Shown piece by piece: positions 46,607 to 55,530 of a stretch of DNA of 64,000 nucleotides. The stretch is taken from contig MNUR01000046.1 in assembly GCA_001871115.1 (NCBI GenBank), positions 13,299-77,298 of the forward strand, in the 5' to 3' direction. A model generated the notes under the pieces. It was not told the origin of the DNA. It saw only the letters and a program-made list of their open reading frames with translations, and did no database searches. The stretch comes from Elusimicrobia bacterium CG1_02_56_21 (lineage in GTDB: Bacteria > Elusimicrobiota > Elusimicrobia > Elusimicrobiales > UBA9959). Within the stretch, counting starts at the first letter, position 1. Each line of letters starts with the position of its first letter. The position numbers and the translations under genes were made by a program.

Positions 46607-47983
46607 ATGAAAACGCGCTGGTTCAGCCATCCGCTTGACCGGGAGATATACCGGATAGCCGTGCCGGCCTTCCTGGGCTTCCTGGGCTTCATCCTTTTTG
46701 ACGCTATAAACATCTTCTGGGTGGGCAGGATGGGAACATCCGCAATAGCCGGCGTGGCCTCGGCAGCTTTCCTGACCTGGGCGGTAATAGCGGCGATGAA
46801 TTCCACCGCCGCGGGCGCAAACAGCCTTATCGCCCAATTCTTCGGCGCCGGCAGGACCGAAGAGGCGAGGCAGACGGCTGTGGAGGCGGTCTGGCTCAGC
46901 CTGGGCGTCTGCGTGCTGCTCATGGCGCTGCTGCTTCCCAGCATCGGAACTATCTTCCGCCTGATGGGGCTGCAGCCCGAGACCGCGGCCTATGCCCGGC
47001 AGTACCTCACTGTTTACGCCTGCGCCCTCCCGCTTTATTATCTCTGCAACCTGGCAGGCAGCATCTTTAACGCCTACGGTGACACCCGTACCAACGTGCT
47101 TATAATGTCCTCGTCGGTGGCCGTCAACATCCTGCTGGACCCGGTACTGATACTGGGCTGGCTCACAGCCAGGCCTTTCGGCGTGCCGGGCGCGGCTATC
47201 GCCTCGGCCATAGCTATTACCTGCGCGCTGACGCTCCAGATAATCTTTCTGCGCAGGCGCGGCTATTTGCCGCCGCTGGGGGAGCTGCTCCGCGTCCCCG
47301 CTTTCACCCGCGCAAGGCGTATACTTGAGATAGGCGTTCCCACCGCTTCAGTGAACATAGTCTGGTCCCTGGTCTATCCGGCCCTTACCGCCATCATCAC
47401 GCGTTTCGGGGAGGCGCCGCTGGCCGGCTTAAGCGTCTGTTTCCGCTGCGAGGGCATTCCCTATTTCCTGAGCATAGGGTTCTCCACCGCCATGGCTACA
47501 TTAGTAGGCCAGGCCTACGGCCGGGGAAATAGGAAGCGCGTGAAACAGCTGGTCGCGCGCGGCCGCTTTCTAATCTCCGCGCTGCTGGTTCCGGTAGCGC
47601 TGGCTTTCGTCTTCATCCCCGAACTGCTGGTCCGGCCGCTCACTTCCGACCCCGAGGTAATAGCCAATGCCGCCCGCTACCTGCGCACGGTAGGCTATTT
47701 CGAAATTTTCCTCGGCTGGGAACTGCTCTTCGAAGGCGTGTTCACAGGCCTGGGGCATACCCGCGACTATATGCTCATCTCCGTCCCGCTGACAGTGGCT
47801 CGCTGGCCTGCGGCCTGGCTGCTGGCTATAACCCTGGGGTACGGAACCCCGGGGATATGGTGGGCGATAAGCCTGTCCACCCTCATCAAAGGTATTTGGT
47901 CATCCTGGCTCTTCCATAGGGGGGTCAGCACCTCCCGCCTGTTCGCGGCCCAAGCCTCGCCCGGGCTGGCCCTGCAGCAATAA
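46607..47983 (+). CDS. MATE family efflux transporter
   Basis: 458 aa with 12 TM helices. 'REIYRIAVPAFLGFLGFILFDAINIFWVGRMG'. Confidence 0.88.
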   Translation: MKTRWFSHPLDREIYRIAVPAFLGFLGFILFDAINIFWVGRMGTSAIAGVASAAFLTWAVIAAMNSTAAGANSLIAQFFGAGRTEEARQTAVEAVWLSLGVCVLLMALLLPSIGTIFRLMGLQPETAAYARQYLTVYACALPLYYLCNLAGSIFNAYGDTRTNVLIMSSSVAVNILLDPVLILGWLTARPFGVPGAAIASAIAITCALTLQIIFLRRRGYLPPLGELLRVPAFTRARRILEIGVPTASVNIVWSLVYPALTAIITRFGEAPLAGLSVCFRCEGIPYFLSIGFSTAMATLVGQAYGRGNRKRVKQLVARGRFLISALLVPVALAFVFIPELLVRPLTSDPEVIANAARYLRTVGYFEIFLGWELLFEGVFTGLGHTRDYMLISVPLTVARWPAAWLLAITLGYGTPGIWWAISLSTLIKGIWSSWLFHRGVSTSRLFAAQASPGLALQQ

Positions 47984-48000
47984 GCCGCCCCTTTTGATTC

Positions 48001-48029
48001 CAAAAAATAACCGCCGGGGTTCCCGGCGG
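48001..48029 (-). terminator. GC-hairpin family copy H3 (between convergent genes)
   Basis: CCGCCGGGG-TT-CCCGGCGG, with TTATTTTTTGG in minus sense and TTTCGCGTT in plus sense. Confidence 0.65.
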
Positions 48030-48082
48030 TTTCGCGTTAAGGGCCAGGACCGAAGTCCTGCCCCCTTTGCTCAAATACTGAT

Positions 48083-48475
48083 TTATTTCACTGGTGGTTT
48101 TGGCCGGTTTTCCAGCGCAGCCTGTATTTTCTCGTTGAGCTCGGCGAGAGAAAGGGTTTTATCCAGGAATTCGCGGCAGTTGGACTCCTGTTTGAACAGG
48201 TCTCCCATTTTAGTGTCGAAAGAGGAACCGGTAATAATGAAGACCGGGATATTCCTGGTCTCTTCCTCTGCACGCAGCTCTTTCAGAGCCTCGAAGCCCC
48301 CCATATCCGGCATCATAACATCCATCAGTATCAGGTCCGGTTTCGCTTCAAAGGCTTTTTTAACTCCCTCACGGCCATTGTCGGCGTTAAGGACTTTATA
48401 TCCCATCATCAGCAAATAGTCAAAGACCACGCCCTTGAAATCCGCGCTGTCGTCGATCACCAGAATTACAGCCAT
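48083..48475 (-). CDS. Single-domain response regulator (receiver only)
   Basis: 130 aa. 'VILVIDDSADF' and 'DLILMDVMMPDMGG'. The C-terminus 'FKQESNCREFLDKTLSLAEL' parallels 35358..35729. Confidence 0.85.
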   Translation of the reverse strand: MAVILVIDDSADFKGVVFDYLLMMGYKVLNADNGREGVKKAFEAKPDLILMDVMMPDMGGFEALKELRAEEETRNIPVFIITGSSFDTKMGDLFKQESNCREFLDKTLSLAELNEKIQAALENRPKPPVK

Positions 48476-48545
48476 AATTTTCTCTCCTGTCCCGGCTTCG
48501 GAAAAGCGACGGGCAAATACAAATACGCCCGCAACCCGCTACTTT

Positions 48546-48554
48546 ATTCTAGCA
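48546..48554 (-). promoter_or_regulatory. Extended -10 TGCTAGAAT
   Basis: Minus-sense GTTCTTTTGCTAGAATAAAG, about 70 nt upstream of ATG 48475. Confidence 0.45.
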
Positions 48555-48588
48555 AAAGAACTATTGAGCAGACCGCCCGGTTCCCCCA

Positions 48589-48614
48589 AAGCAAAACCGC
48601 CGGATCTCCCGGCG
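48589..48614 (-). terminator. GC-hairpin family copy H4
   Basis: CCGCCGG-ATCTC-CCGGCGG followed, in minus sense, by TTTTGCTTTGGGGG. Confidence 0.6.
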
Positions 48615-48709
48615 GCTTCGGAATACGGCCGCCGCCTTTGCCTGAACTTTCATCTATATTTGCCGGCATCCCGATCATGTTTATATCCGGAAGCCCCTGC
48701 CTGTTTACT

Positions 48710-49167
48710 TTACAGCCCCCGGCCGTCAGCAGCGGCTTCCTCTATCAAGTCCGCCCTTAATCTGAGCGGGTCGGGGCCGTAATCGATAAGCCCGATATCC
48801 CAAAGTTCAAAGTCATAATATTCATCGGGCGTCAGCATCCGCAGTTTAAACACGATCTGGCTGCCGCTGGTAGTGCTCCATCTCTCGGACACATTCTCTA
48901 ATATGAACCGGCTGCCAGCAGGCAGCAGCACAGGCGTTTTACCTTCCTCATAAGGGCAGGGATCCCGGCAAGCGAGTGAGCGTTCCCCTCCCCTGGCACC
49001 GAGAGGCTTATTTCCCTGAAGCCCTGTGTATTCACCCTGAGCGCGGTCTTTGTAGAGCAGACTTTCCCTATGATGCCGGCATAATCCGGCGTTTTAGCCG
49101 GGTCCTCGCTGCAGCCGGACAGCGTAACACCGGGCAGCACAGCCGCTAATACAGATTTTAATCCCAT
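48710..49167 (-). pseudogene. Lipoprotein gene split over two overlapping frames (possible frameshift)
   Basis: ORF 48898..49167 begins MGLKSVLAAVLPGVTLSGC (lipobox). ORF 48710..48931 is in the adjacent frame, which stays open back to about 49095. No SD or start suits the second ORF. Confidence 0.4.
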
Positions 49168-49173
49168 ATTTTT

Positions 49174-49181
49174 ATTCTACA
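49174..49181 (-). promoter_or_regulatory. -10 TG-TAGAAT, 6 nt upstream of ATG 49167
   Basis: Minus-sense GGTTTTGTTTTGTAGAATAAAAATATG. Confidence 0.45.
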
Positions 49182-49209
49182 AAACAAAACCGCCGGGCTG
49201 CCCCGGCGG
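49181..49209 (-). terminator. GC-hairpin family copy H5
   Basis: CCGCCGGG-CTGC-CCCGGCGG plus TTTTGTTTTG in minus sense, 25 nt after the OPT stop. Confidence 0.75.
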
Positions 49210-49233
49210 TTTTAAGTGTCGTGTCCCCAGTGA

Positions 49234-51111
49234 TCAATTAAAGAACTGCATCAGCACCGCCAGCGCGGGGAGCAGGATAGAACCCACCATCGCCTCTCCG
49301 GCCACCAGGCCCGAAGCCAGGGGCGTAGCGTAAAGGTCGAAAGAGTTCCCTTCGCCCGGCGCGAACCTGTGCCAGACGGCAGAGACCACGCTGCCGATGG
49401 CGATGCCGATATTCAGGGAGGCGGGCAGGATCAGCGCGAAACCCAGCGCAGCGGGGATAGGCACCATCCAGAAGCGGCTTGTTTCGTGGCCCTCCTCGCT
49501 GGTTTTCTTGAAAGCGAGCAGCAGCTCGAAGAAAACTCCTATGAAGATAGCGATGATAGACGCCTGCAGCGCGCCGTGCGGCAGGTACGACAGGCCTTTC
49601 TCCATCACTATAGCGAGCGTAGCGATCTTGAGTCCCGTCGGGGCGGCAAGCTGGCCCGGCTCCAGGCCTATGCCGTAGGTCCGCTCCAGCATATTGAACA
49701 TGAACGGCGTCAGGATAGCGCCTATCGGTATCACTATCATCTGGGCCAATATCAGGGTCTTGAACCTGCCGCCCAGGCGCTGGGCCACCCAGAACGAGGG
49801 CACCACGTTCTCCGAGGTGGCCTGCGGGTTGGCGCTGATATAGGCGGCGGTCAGGTTGGACCTGATATGGGCGGGCCAGATCAGCCCGAACAGGAACTGC
49901 GTGGCGTTGGCCATGAGAGATACCGGGCCGGAGCCGGTGATCCCCAGAACCCGGAGGCCGGCGAAGATCAGTATAGGCTGGATGGCTATCGCCAGCGCCA
50001 CCTGCTGCCAGGGCATGGCGAACCAGGTGCTGGTCATCCAGACCAGGAGTATCACGCTGACGGCAATGCCCGTTATGGTCCACCAGAGCGGGATAGTCTC
50101 GTCGGCCAGGGACTTCAGCGAATGCTTCTCGAACTTGACCTTGTCCTTATGCAGGAAATGGAGAACTATCGGGATGATCACACTGGTCAGCGCGGCCGCT
50201 ATCATCATGGCCGTAGCCGGCCACATCATCCACTGCACCACGTACTTGAAGTGGGAAGAAGCGCCGGCGAACTCCGCGGCCTTGCCGCAGGTAGTATTCA
50301 GGAAATCCATCGCGGCCGCCTTCTGCGTTCCGTCCAGGCCGCCCACGGAGTTAAGGGTGTTCAGGCAGTTGCCGAAGTGCTCCTGGGTCACGCCGGAAAG
50401 GGCGGAGAACTTAGCCACCGTTTCGCCGAAGGAGCTGACCAGCCAGGTTCCAAGCAGGCCTGAAAGCCCCACTGAGAGCGGGACCAGCATCCCGATGCCG
50501 AAAGCCGCGAACTCCGCCCCGATAGAAATATTCAGGGCCGCATTACCGACGACAGATGGAATGACTCCGAGACTGTCCCGCAGAAAAGTCAGGAAGCCGG
50601 CCACTCCCGTGCTGAGCATAAGCACGTCGCGCCGCCTCTTGGTGACGACCGTCGCTTTAGGGTCGGTCAGCGTCTGGGCCACGGCCAGCGTGGCTTTGCT
50701 GGTGGGCCAGGGAAGAGAACGGTCCTTCAGAATGGAACTTCTGGGCAGGATACCCATGAAGATACCGAGGTTGGCCGAGACGAGCAGCCAGAGGAACATC
50801 TGCCAGGTAGACAGGTTGAAACCGATATTGCGCCCGAAGACGTTCTGGATATAGAAGAAGGCCGCGAGTATCACCACCATGAATGCGATGCTGGACACCA
50901 GGCCTATCATGGCCTGGATGATATTGAGCTCTATGGCCAGCTCCTGGCCCTTCATCCGCTTGCCCAGCACATAGGCCGCCAGGAACATGCCGCCCATGGT
51001 CAAGTCCACGCTCTGCCCCAGCTTCAGCGTCACATACGGCGTAGCGGCCGCGGCCACCGCGCACAATAAACCACCAAGCAGCAAAAGTCTCCAGTTCAGT
51101 TCCTTCATCAT
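49234..51111 (-). CDS. OPT family oligopeptide transporter
   Basis: Start set at 'MMKELNWRLLLLGG' (SD AAGGAGA). Polytopic. 'LPWPTSKATLAVAQTL' is OPT-like. Confidence 0.85.
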   Translation of the reverse strand: MMKELNWRLLLLGGLLCAVAAAATPYVTLKLGQSVDLTMGGMFLAAYVLGKRMKGQELAIELNIIQAMIGLVSSIAFMVVILAAFFYIQNVFGRNIGFNLSTWQMFLWLLVSANLGIFMGILPRSSILKDRSLPWPTSKATLAVAQTLTDPKATVVTKRRRDVLMLSTGVAGFLTFLRDSLGVIPSVVGNAALNISIGAEFAAFGIGMLVPLSVGLSGLLGTWLVSSFGETVAKFSALSGVTQEHFGNCLNTLNSVGGLDGTQKAAAMDFLNTTCGKAAEFAGASSHFKYVVQWMMWPATAMMIAAALTSVIIPIVLHFLHKDKVKFEKHSLKSLADETIPLWWTITGIAVSVILLVWMTSTWFAMPWQQVALAIAIQPILIFAGLRVLGITGSGPVSLMANATQFLFGLIWPAHIRSNLTAAYISANPQATSENVVPSFWVAQRLGGRFKTLILAQMIVIPIGAILTPFMFNMLERTYGIGLEPGQLAAPTGLKIATLAIVMEKGLSYLPHGALQASIIAIFIGVFFELLLAFKKTSEEGHETSRFWMVPIPAALGFALILPASLNIGIAIGSVVSAVWHRFAPGEGNSFDLYATPLASGLVAGEAMVGSILLPALAVLMQFFN

Positions 51112-51231
51112 GTCTCCTTCCGGCCTTTTAGCCGGAGTTATCCGAATTGTAAGAGTATTATCCCGGCGTCGCGTTCTTAAAAAAAGTCTTTCCGCCGTTC
51201 TTAGCATTAATCATACAAAAGAGGCCCGCCA

Positions 51232-51265
51232 CAAAACAAAACCGCCGGGCTGCCCCGGCGGTTTT
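51232..51265 (-). terminator. GC-hairpin family copy H6 (sequence identical to H5 over 35 nt)
   Basis: ACAAAACAAAACCGCCGGGCTGCCCCGGCGGTTTT, 22 nt after the stop of the 51287 gene. Confidence 0.75.
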
Positions 51266-51286
51266 GTACTAAATGCTGACGCTCCT

Positions 51287-53146
51287 CTACTGGAGGTTCA
51301 CGTGACTCTGGTTGATATAGCCCTCGCTCCAGTCCCCGCCGCTCATTGCGGACTTGCGGACCTTGAAATAACCGTTCTTCTCGCCTATTATCAGTACTTT
51401 CACACCGCGGTCCAGCTTGGTAATAGTGCTGGAGAAGATCCCGCTGGTGCCTTTCCTTACATGGGCGCCGTTACTTGACACGACCCCGACCTTATTGGGA
51501 TTCGTCCTGGAATACATCTGACGGGCATCTCCTACAAGCTTGCCCTTTTCTGAGAACGTCACATAAAGCGCGTCCGCGTCCGGGGCTACGACATCATAGA
51601 GCTTGCCGATATTAAGGTTCAGCACGGCGTTTGCCCTGCCTCCCACTCCGTCGGCACGCAGATCGGACACAAGGACTATCTCCCCGCGCTCGCTCTTGAC
51701 CACTATTGCGACGGTATCGGACGCCTGAAAACCGAAGTTCTTTACTTCGGCCCTCATCATGATATTTTCGCTGGCTTCGAACTGTCCGTTATTGTTCTCA
51801 TCGTAGAAAGTGACGCCTGCAACCTTCAGGACCGCGTTCTCCTGGTAGAACTTATCCGCGGCCGCAATACCGGACTGTTTACCGGCCTCGAAGGCGCCGG
51901 GATAGACCTGGGCCGTCATGTTCTGGTAGCCCTCGTTGTAGCCGCGTTTCGTCTGTTCGGCGCAACCGGCCGCAAAACCTTCATTCTGACCGGCGGCCCG
52001 ACCATTCCCCTGTCCCTGGGCTCTTTGATCGGCATATTCCCTGTTGCTGTATTCATTATAATACGCGCTGTAGGCCGAGTTATAGGCCGACGAATAAGCT
52101 TCCTGGTAGCCCTGCTCTTTTCCCTCGGCATAGCCGTTGCGGTAGCTGATAGCGTACTGCTCGTCGTATGCCCACCGGTACGCGGTATTGTATCTTTCAT
52201 TATAACCCTGCCGCTTGGCGTCATCATATGCCCGGCGGTAGCTATTGCGATAACCCTCTTTATAACCTTCGTCATAGGCGCGTTTTTCTTCCGGAGTCGC
52301 ATACCCGCCGCGGGCCATCTCTATAGGGAGATCCATACCGCGCGTAAGCAGACCGCTTTTCTCGAAGCCGGCCCTCCTGGCAGTGGATAAAGCGCTTTGG
52401 AGTTCGGCTTCGCGCTGACTGAAACCGGCCTGATAGCCGGCCTTTTGACCGTTCGCGGCCTCCGTGACCGACGCATCAGACTGCCCTTTCGCGTATCCTG
52501 AACTATAGGAAGCGGCATCCTGCAGCCCTAATTCTTTAGCCGAGGCAAAGGCAACATTGTAGCCGTCGGTGTATCCCGCGTCATAACAGCGGCGCTGGCC
52601 GGCCTGTGTACCGTTATTAATACCGGTGTTCTGGCCTTGGGTGCTTCCGTTCAGTATTCCAGCGGACTGATTAACACCCCAACCATCTCTTTTACCGGCA
52701 GCTCGGCCAGCTCGCTCACCTTCATTACTGCCGTTCCTGCGCCCGTCCCATTCTCCGGAATTGATACCATCCGAGTAGCCATTCCGCCTTCCTTCCCTGA
52801 CGCCTGCTTCGGAACCAGCCCTTATGCCGGCGTTACGAGCTTGAGTGGTATCTACAGGCTGAGGAGGCTGGGGAGGCTGGCTGCCGCCATTGTTGCCGGG
52901 CTGGCCGCCGTTATTGCCGCCGTGATTGTTGCCGGGCTGGCCGCCGCCGGGCTGCTGCCCATGCTGACCAGGCTGCCACCCTTGGGGCAGAGGTTTAGCT
53001 TGAAAATCCTTCCGCTCTAATCTGGTTTGCTCAATGGTTTCGCTAACATCCGACAGCTGCATAACCCCGTCGCTTGATGCGAATACCATGCCCGAAGCTA
53101 TCAAAAGAGAGGGAAACAACGTCGCCGCGCATAATGTTTTTTTCAT
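51287..53146 (-). CDS. Large secreted protein: low-complexity G/Q/N/P region, Tyr-periodic repeat region, C-terminal SH3b domain
   Basis: Start at 'MKKTLCAATLFPSLLIASGMVFA' (an alternative ATG is at 53152). 'AYDEGYKEGYRNSYRRAYDDAKRQGYNERYNTAYRWAYDEQYAISYRNGYAEG'. C-terminal 'GAHVRKGTSGIFSSTITKLDRGVKVLIIGEKNGYFKV'. Confidence 0.7.
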   Translation of the reverse strand: MKKTLCAATLFPSLLIASGMVFASSDGVMQLSDVSETIEQTRLERKDFQAKPLPQGWQPGQHGQQPGGGQPGNNHGGNNGGQPGNNGGSQPPQPPQPVDTTQARNAGIRAGSEAGVREGRRNGYSDGINSGEWDGRRNGSNEGERAGRAAGKRDGWGVNQSAGILNGSTQGQNTGINNGTQAGQRRCYDAGYTDGYNVAFASAKELGLQDAASYSSGYAKGQSDASVTEAANGQKAGYQAGFSQREAELQSALSTARRAGFEKSGLLTRGMDLPIEMARGGYATPEEKRAYDEGYKEGYRNSYRRAYDDAKRQGYNERYNTAYRWAYDEQYAISYRNGYAEGKEQGYQEAYSSAYNSAYSAYYNEYSNREYADQRAQGQGNGRAAGQNEGFAAGCAEQTKRGYNEGYQNMTAQVYPGAFEAGKQSGIAAADKFYQENAVLKVAGVTFYDENNNGQFEASENIMMRAEVKNFGFQASDTVAIVVKSERGEIVLVSDLRADGVGGRANAVLNLNIGKLYDVVAPDADALYVTFSEKGKLVGDARQMYSRTNPNKVGVVSSNGAHVRKGTSGIFSSTITKLDRGVKVLIIGEKNGYFKVRKSAMSGGDWSEGYINQSHVNLQ

Positions 53147-53290
53147 TAACATACCCCTGTGTCCCGGATTTCCGGAGAGTTGACTGGATAAGATATTGTA
53201 ACCTAAGCAGCCAGGTAGACATAGAGCAGAAGGGCCCAGTGCGCCGGAGAAAAACGGCGCCCGGGATATAGGCCCTTTGGCCCCACCCCC

Positions 53291-53320
53291 AAAAGCAAAA
53301 CCGCCGGAATTACCCGGCGG
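53291..53320 (-). terminator. GC-hairpin family copy H7
   Basis: CCGCCGG-AATTAC-CCGGCGG plus TTTTGCTTTTGGGGG in minus sense. Confidence 0.6.
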
Positions 53321-53413
53321 CTTAGCTCCTAAACGCCAAATCTCGAAACCTGCCCCTTTTCCCCGCGTATTCAACTGTATTCGCACCCAAAAAAACTCTC
53401 CCGGGACCCTTTC

Positions 53414-54034
53414 CTATTTTATCTTTCTGAATAATGTGTAAATATAAGGTCTCGGGTCGCCATTGGGATTTATAAACGTGTAGTCAAAATGCGAAATAAG
53501 TTCGAATGACGGTCCAAGTTTTTTGGACAGCTCCGCCACTGAATACCTGTGCAGGGGCAGCCCGGCGCATTTAGACGCGCCTGTCTTAGAGAATTCCAAG
53601 AATATCGCATAGCCACACGGCTTAAGGAAAGACCTTACATTTCTGAAATATCCGTTAATAGCGTCTTTATCGCGCAAAAAATGCAGGACTGCCCTGTCGA
53701 TCCAGATGTCCGCCTTGGGCAGAGTGCGCGGCAGCGGCCGGGAGATGTCCCGGCAAAGAAAGTCTATTTTTCCTTTTTTATCGTTAACCCTCTTTTTCAC
53801 GCGGCTTAAAGCCTCGGCGCTGATGTCGTTTACAGTTATTTCTGCGCATTTGAGGAGCAGTTCCTCTATCAGTACCGAGGTTCCTGCCCCGGGAATGAAC
53901 ACCCTGGCTTTCTTCAGCCCCGGGACCAGCTTCAACAATTTAAGCGTTTGAGAAGCGTTCTTTTCATACCAACCCAGATCCTGGTCTTCCGTTCCGGAAA
54001 ATATGGCATCCCAATGCTTGCAATTAGTTTTCAT
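53414..54034 (-). CDS. Class I SAM-dependent methyltransferase
   Basis: Start at ATG 54034 (SD AAGGA). Motif I 'VFIPGAGTSVLIEELL' and post-I 'VNDIS'. Confidence 0.7.
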   Translation of the reverse strand: MKTNCKHWDAIFSGTEDQDLGWYEKNASQTLKLLKLVPGLKKARVFIPGAGTSVLIEELLLKCAEITVNDISAEALSRVKKRVNDKKGKIDFLCRDISRPLPRTLPKADIWIDRAVLHFLRDKDAINGYFRNVRSFLKPCGYAIFLEFSKTGASKCAGLPLHRYSVAELSKKLGPSFELISHFDYTFINPNGDPRPYIYTLFRKIK

Positions 54035-54226
54035 GATTTTATCCTTAAACCGCAAAAAGTTCCGCCCTTTAACCCCGGCGGCTTCGCTTCCAAGCGCTAA
54101 TTCTCAGGACCCGCCCCTTCTCCCTTTCCCTTCCCCGTGAGAAAACCGGAAGCAAAAGGGGAAGGACAGTAAGCTTATAGCGGCCACCGCCGCCCATTTT
54201 TGGGCAAGAAGGCGCATTATTCCCAA

Positions 54227-54706
54227 CTACTCGCGAAAAACCGCCACGGCGCCGTAACCGCGGGCGCCCGGCGGGGGAAGAGGGGCAGCAGATTTTCTTC
54301 GCGCCGGGCTACGTTCCGCATAGATGTCGCAGGCGGAAATTATATAGACTGGCCGCAGAAAAAGCATAATGACGCCGACCAAAACCACCAGTTGAACTCC
54401 GGCCCAGAAATAGAATTTAAAGATACTGCGCTCTACGGGCGCCTTGAAGTCAACAAGGTCCGGGAAATAAACGAAAAACAATATCGTGCCGATATAGATA
54501 GCGATGCCTGTTATCCAGCACAAGCAGAAATAGCCCCTGCGCAGTATAGCCACAGCGGCGAACTTTTTGCGCACCAGGTCCACCGAACGCTTGCCCGCCC
54601 AGCGCCAGACCTTCTCGGGGATCCGGCCCAGCATCTGCACCCACAGGTTATAGCCGGCGGCTATGCAGGCCGCTGCAGCAGGGTGAAAGTAATTATTTCT
54701 TTTCAA
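54227..54706 (-). CDS. Membrane protein, function unknown (start uncertain)
   Basis: 159 aa from a TTG start, with 3 TM helices. It overlaps a 52-codon upstream ORF in another frame. Confidence 0.4.
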   Translation of the reverse strand: MKRNNYFHPAAAACIAAGYNLWVQMLGRIPEKVWRWAGKRSVDLVRKKFAAVAILRRGYFCLCWITGIAIYIGTILFFVYFPDLVDFKAPVERSIFKFYFWAGVQLVVLVGVIMLFLRPVYIISACDIYAERSPARRKSAAPLPPPGARGYGAVAVFRE

Positions 54707-55017
54707 GGAAGAATAATTTCAGGCTAAACCTGGTCCGCTTCCAGAAACCGGATAGCCCGGTACCCGGGGATGGGCGCAAACCGGAGGCCTCCGTCAGGAC
54801 CAAAACCTCGTTATTTACCGCCTTCATTTCGCTGAGATAGTTATTTCCCATGGGACTCCGGAATCAATATTAAATAATATATTCCCACGAAAATGCGATA
54901 GCCCCCTACTAAAGGCGGTATCACTCTGGCTCCGCCCTGACATTAAGCTGGAACGGCCGGGAGCGGAAGGCACACCATAAACCACAAGAGACACCCGCTG
55001 CCTTTACCTCTCTGATT

Positions 55018-55045
55018 AAACAAAACCGCCGTGCCTCCCCGGCGG
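55018..55045 (-). terminator. GC-hairpin family copy H8
   Basis: CCGCCG-TGCCTCCC-CGGCGG plus TTTTGTTTAATC in minus sense, 35 nt after the REC gene stop. Confidence 0.65.
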
Positions 55046-55079
55046 TTCATGACAAGCGCGGCAATTTCCAAATTAACGG

Positions 55080-55481
55080 TCAATGTGCCTCGTGCTTATG
55101 GGTCTTTTCCCCTTTAGCGGGCAGCGCGTGATGGATAGCCTTGAGCACTTCTTTTGTAGAAAGGACTTTTGACAGCGTTCCCCGGCAATTGGGAAGCTTG
55201 GAGAAACCCCGCACCAGCATTGGGTCGGCGCCTATGGCGGACAGCACTATAAACGGTATCCTGGAGGTTTTATGCATATTCTTTATGGCAACGGCCACGT
55301 CGTGCCCGGTCATGTCCCCTAGATTATAATCCAGAAGCACGAGGTCGGCCAGATAAGACAAAGCTATCCTAACCCCCGCCGCCCCGCTACCGGCAATTTG
55401 CGTCTTATACCCCGCGGTCTTAAGGCAATCCTCAAGCATGCAGGAAAGTTCTATATTATCTTCAACAATAAGTATTTTCAT
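55080..55481 (-). CDS. Single-domain response regulator (receiver only)
   Basis: Start at 'MKILIVEDNIEL'. 'DLVLLDYNLGDMTG'. Confidence 0.8.
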   Translation of the reverse strand: MKILIVEDNIELSCMLEDCLKTAGYKTQIAGSGAAGVRIALSYLADLVLLDYNLGDMTGHDVAVAIKNMHKTSRIPFIVLSAIGADPMLVRGFSKLPNCRGTLSKVLSTKEVLKAIHHALPAKGEKTHKHEAH

Positions 55482-55530
55482 ACAGTTTCGCCTTAAACGC
55501 AGCAACAGAAATCTGAATCGAATACCGTAT

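Noticed and set aside
49238-50854. Several 280-365-aa alternative-frame ORFs within the OPT gene region (49238..50083 minus strand, 49369..50463 plus strand, 49856..50854 plus strand)
   Set aside because: They overlap the polytopic OPT transporter frame, which has clear family features. The alternatives are Arg/Gly/Asp-rich and implausible.
54693-54851. 52-codon minus-strand ORF (MGNNYLSEMKAVNNEVLVLTEASG...) with a GGAG SD, overlapping the TTG start of the 54227..54706 membrane protein by 14 nt
   Set aside because: It is plausible but unsupported. No domain is recognisable. It could be a separate small gene or the frameshifted N-terminus of the membrane protein, so I left it uncalled.
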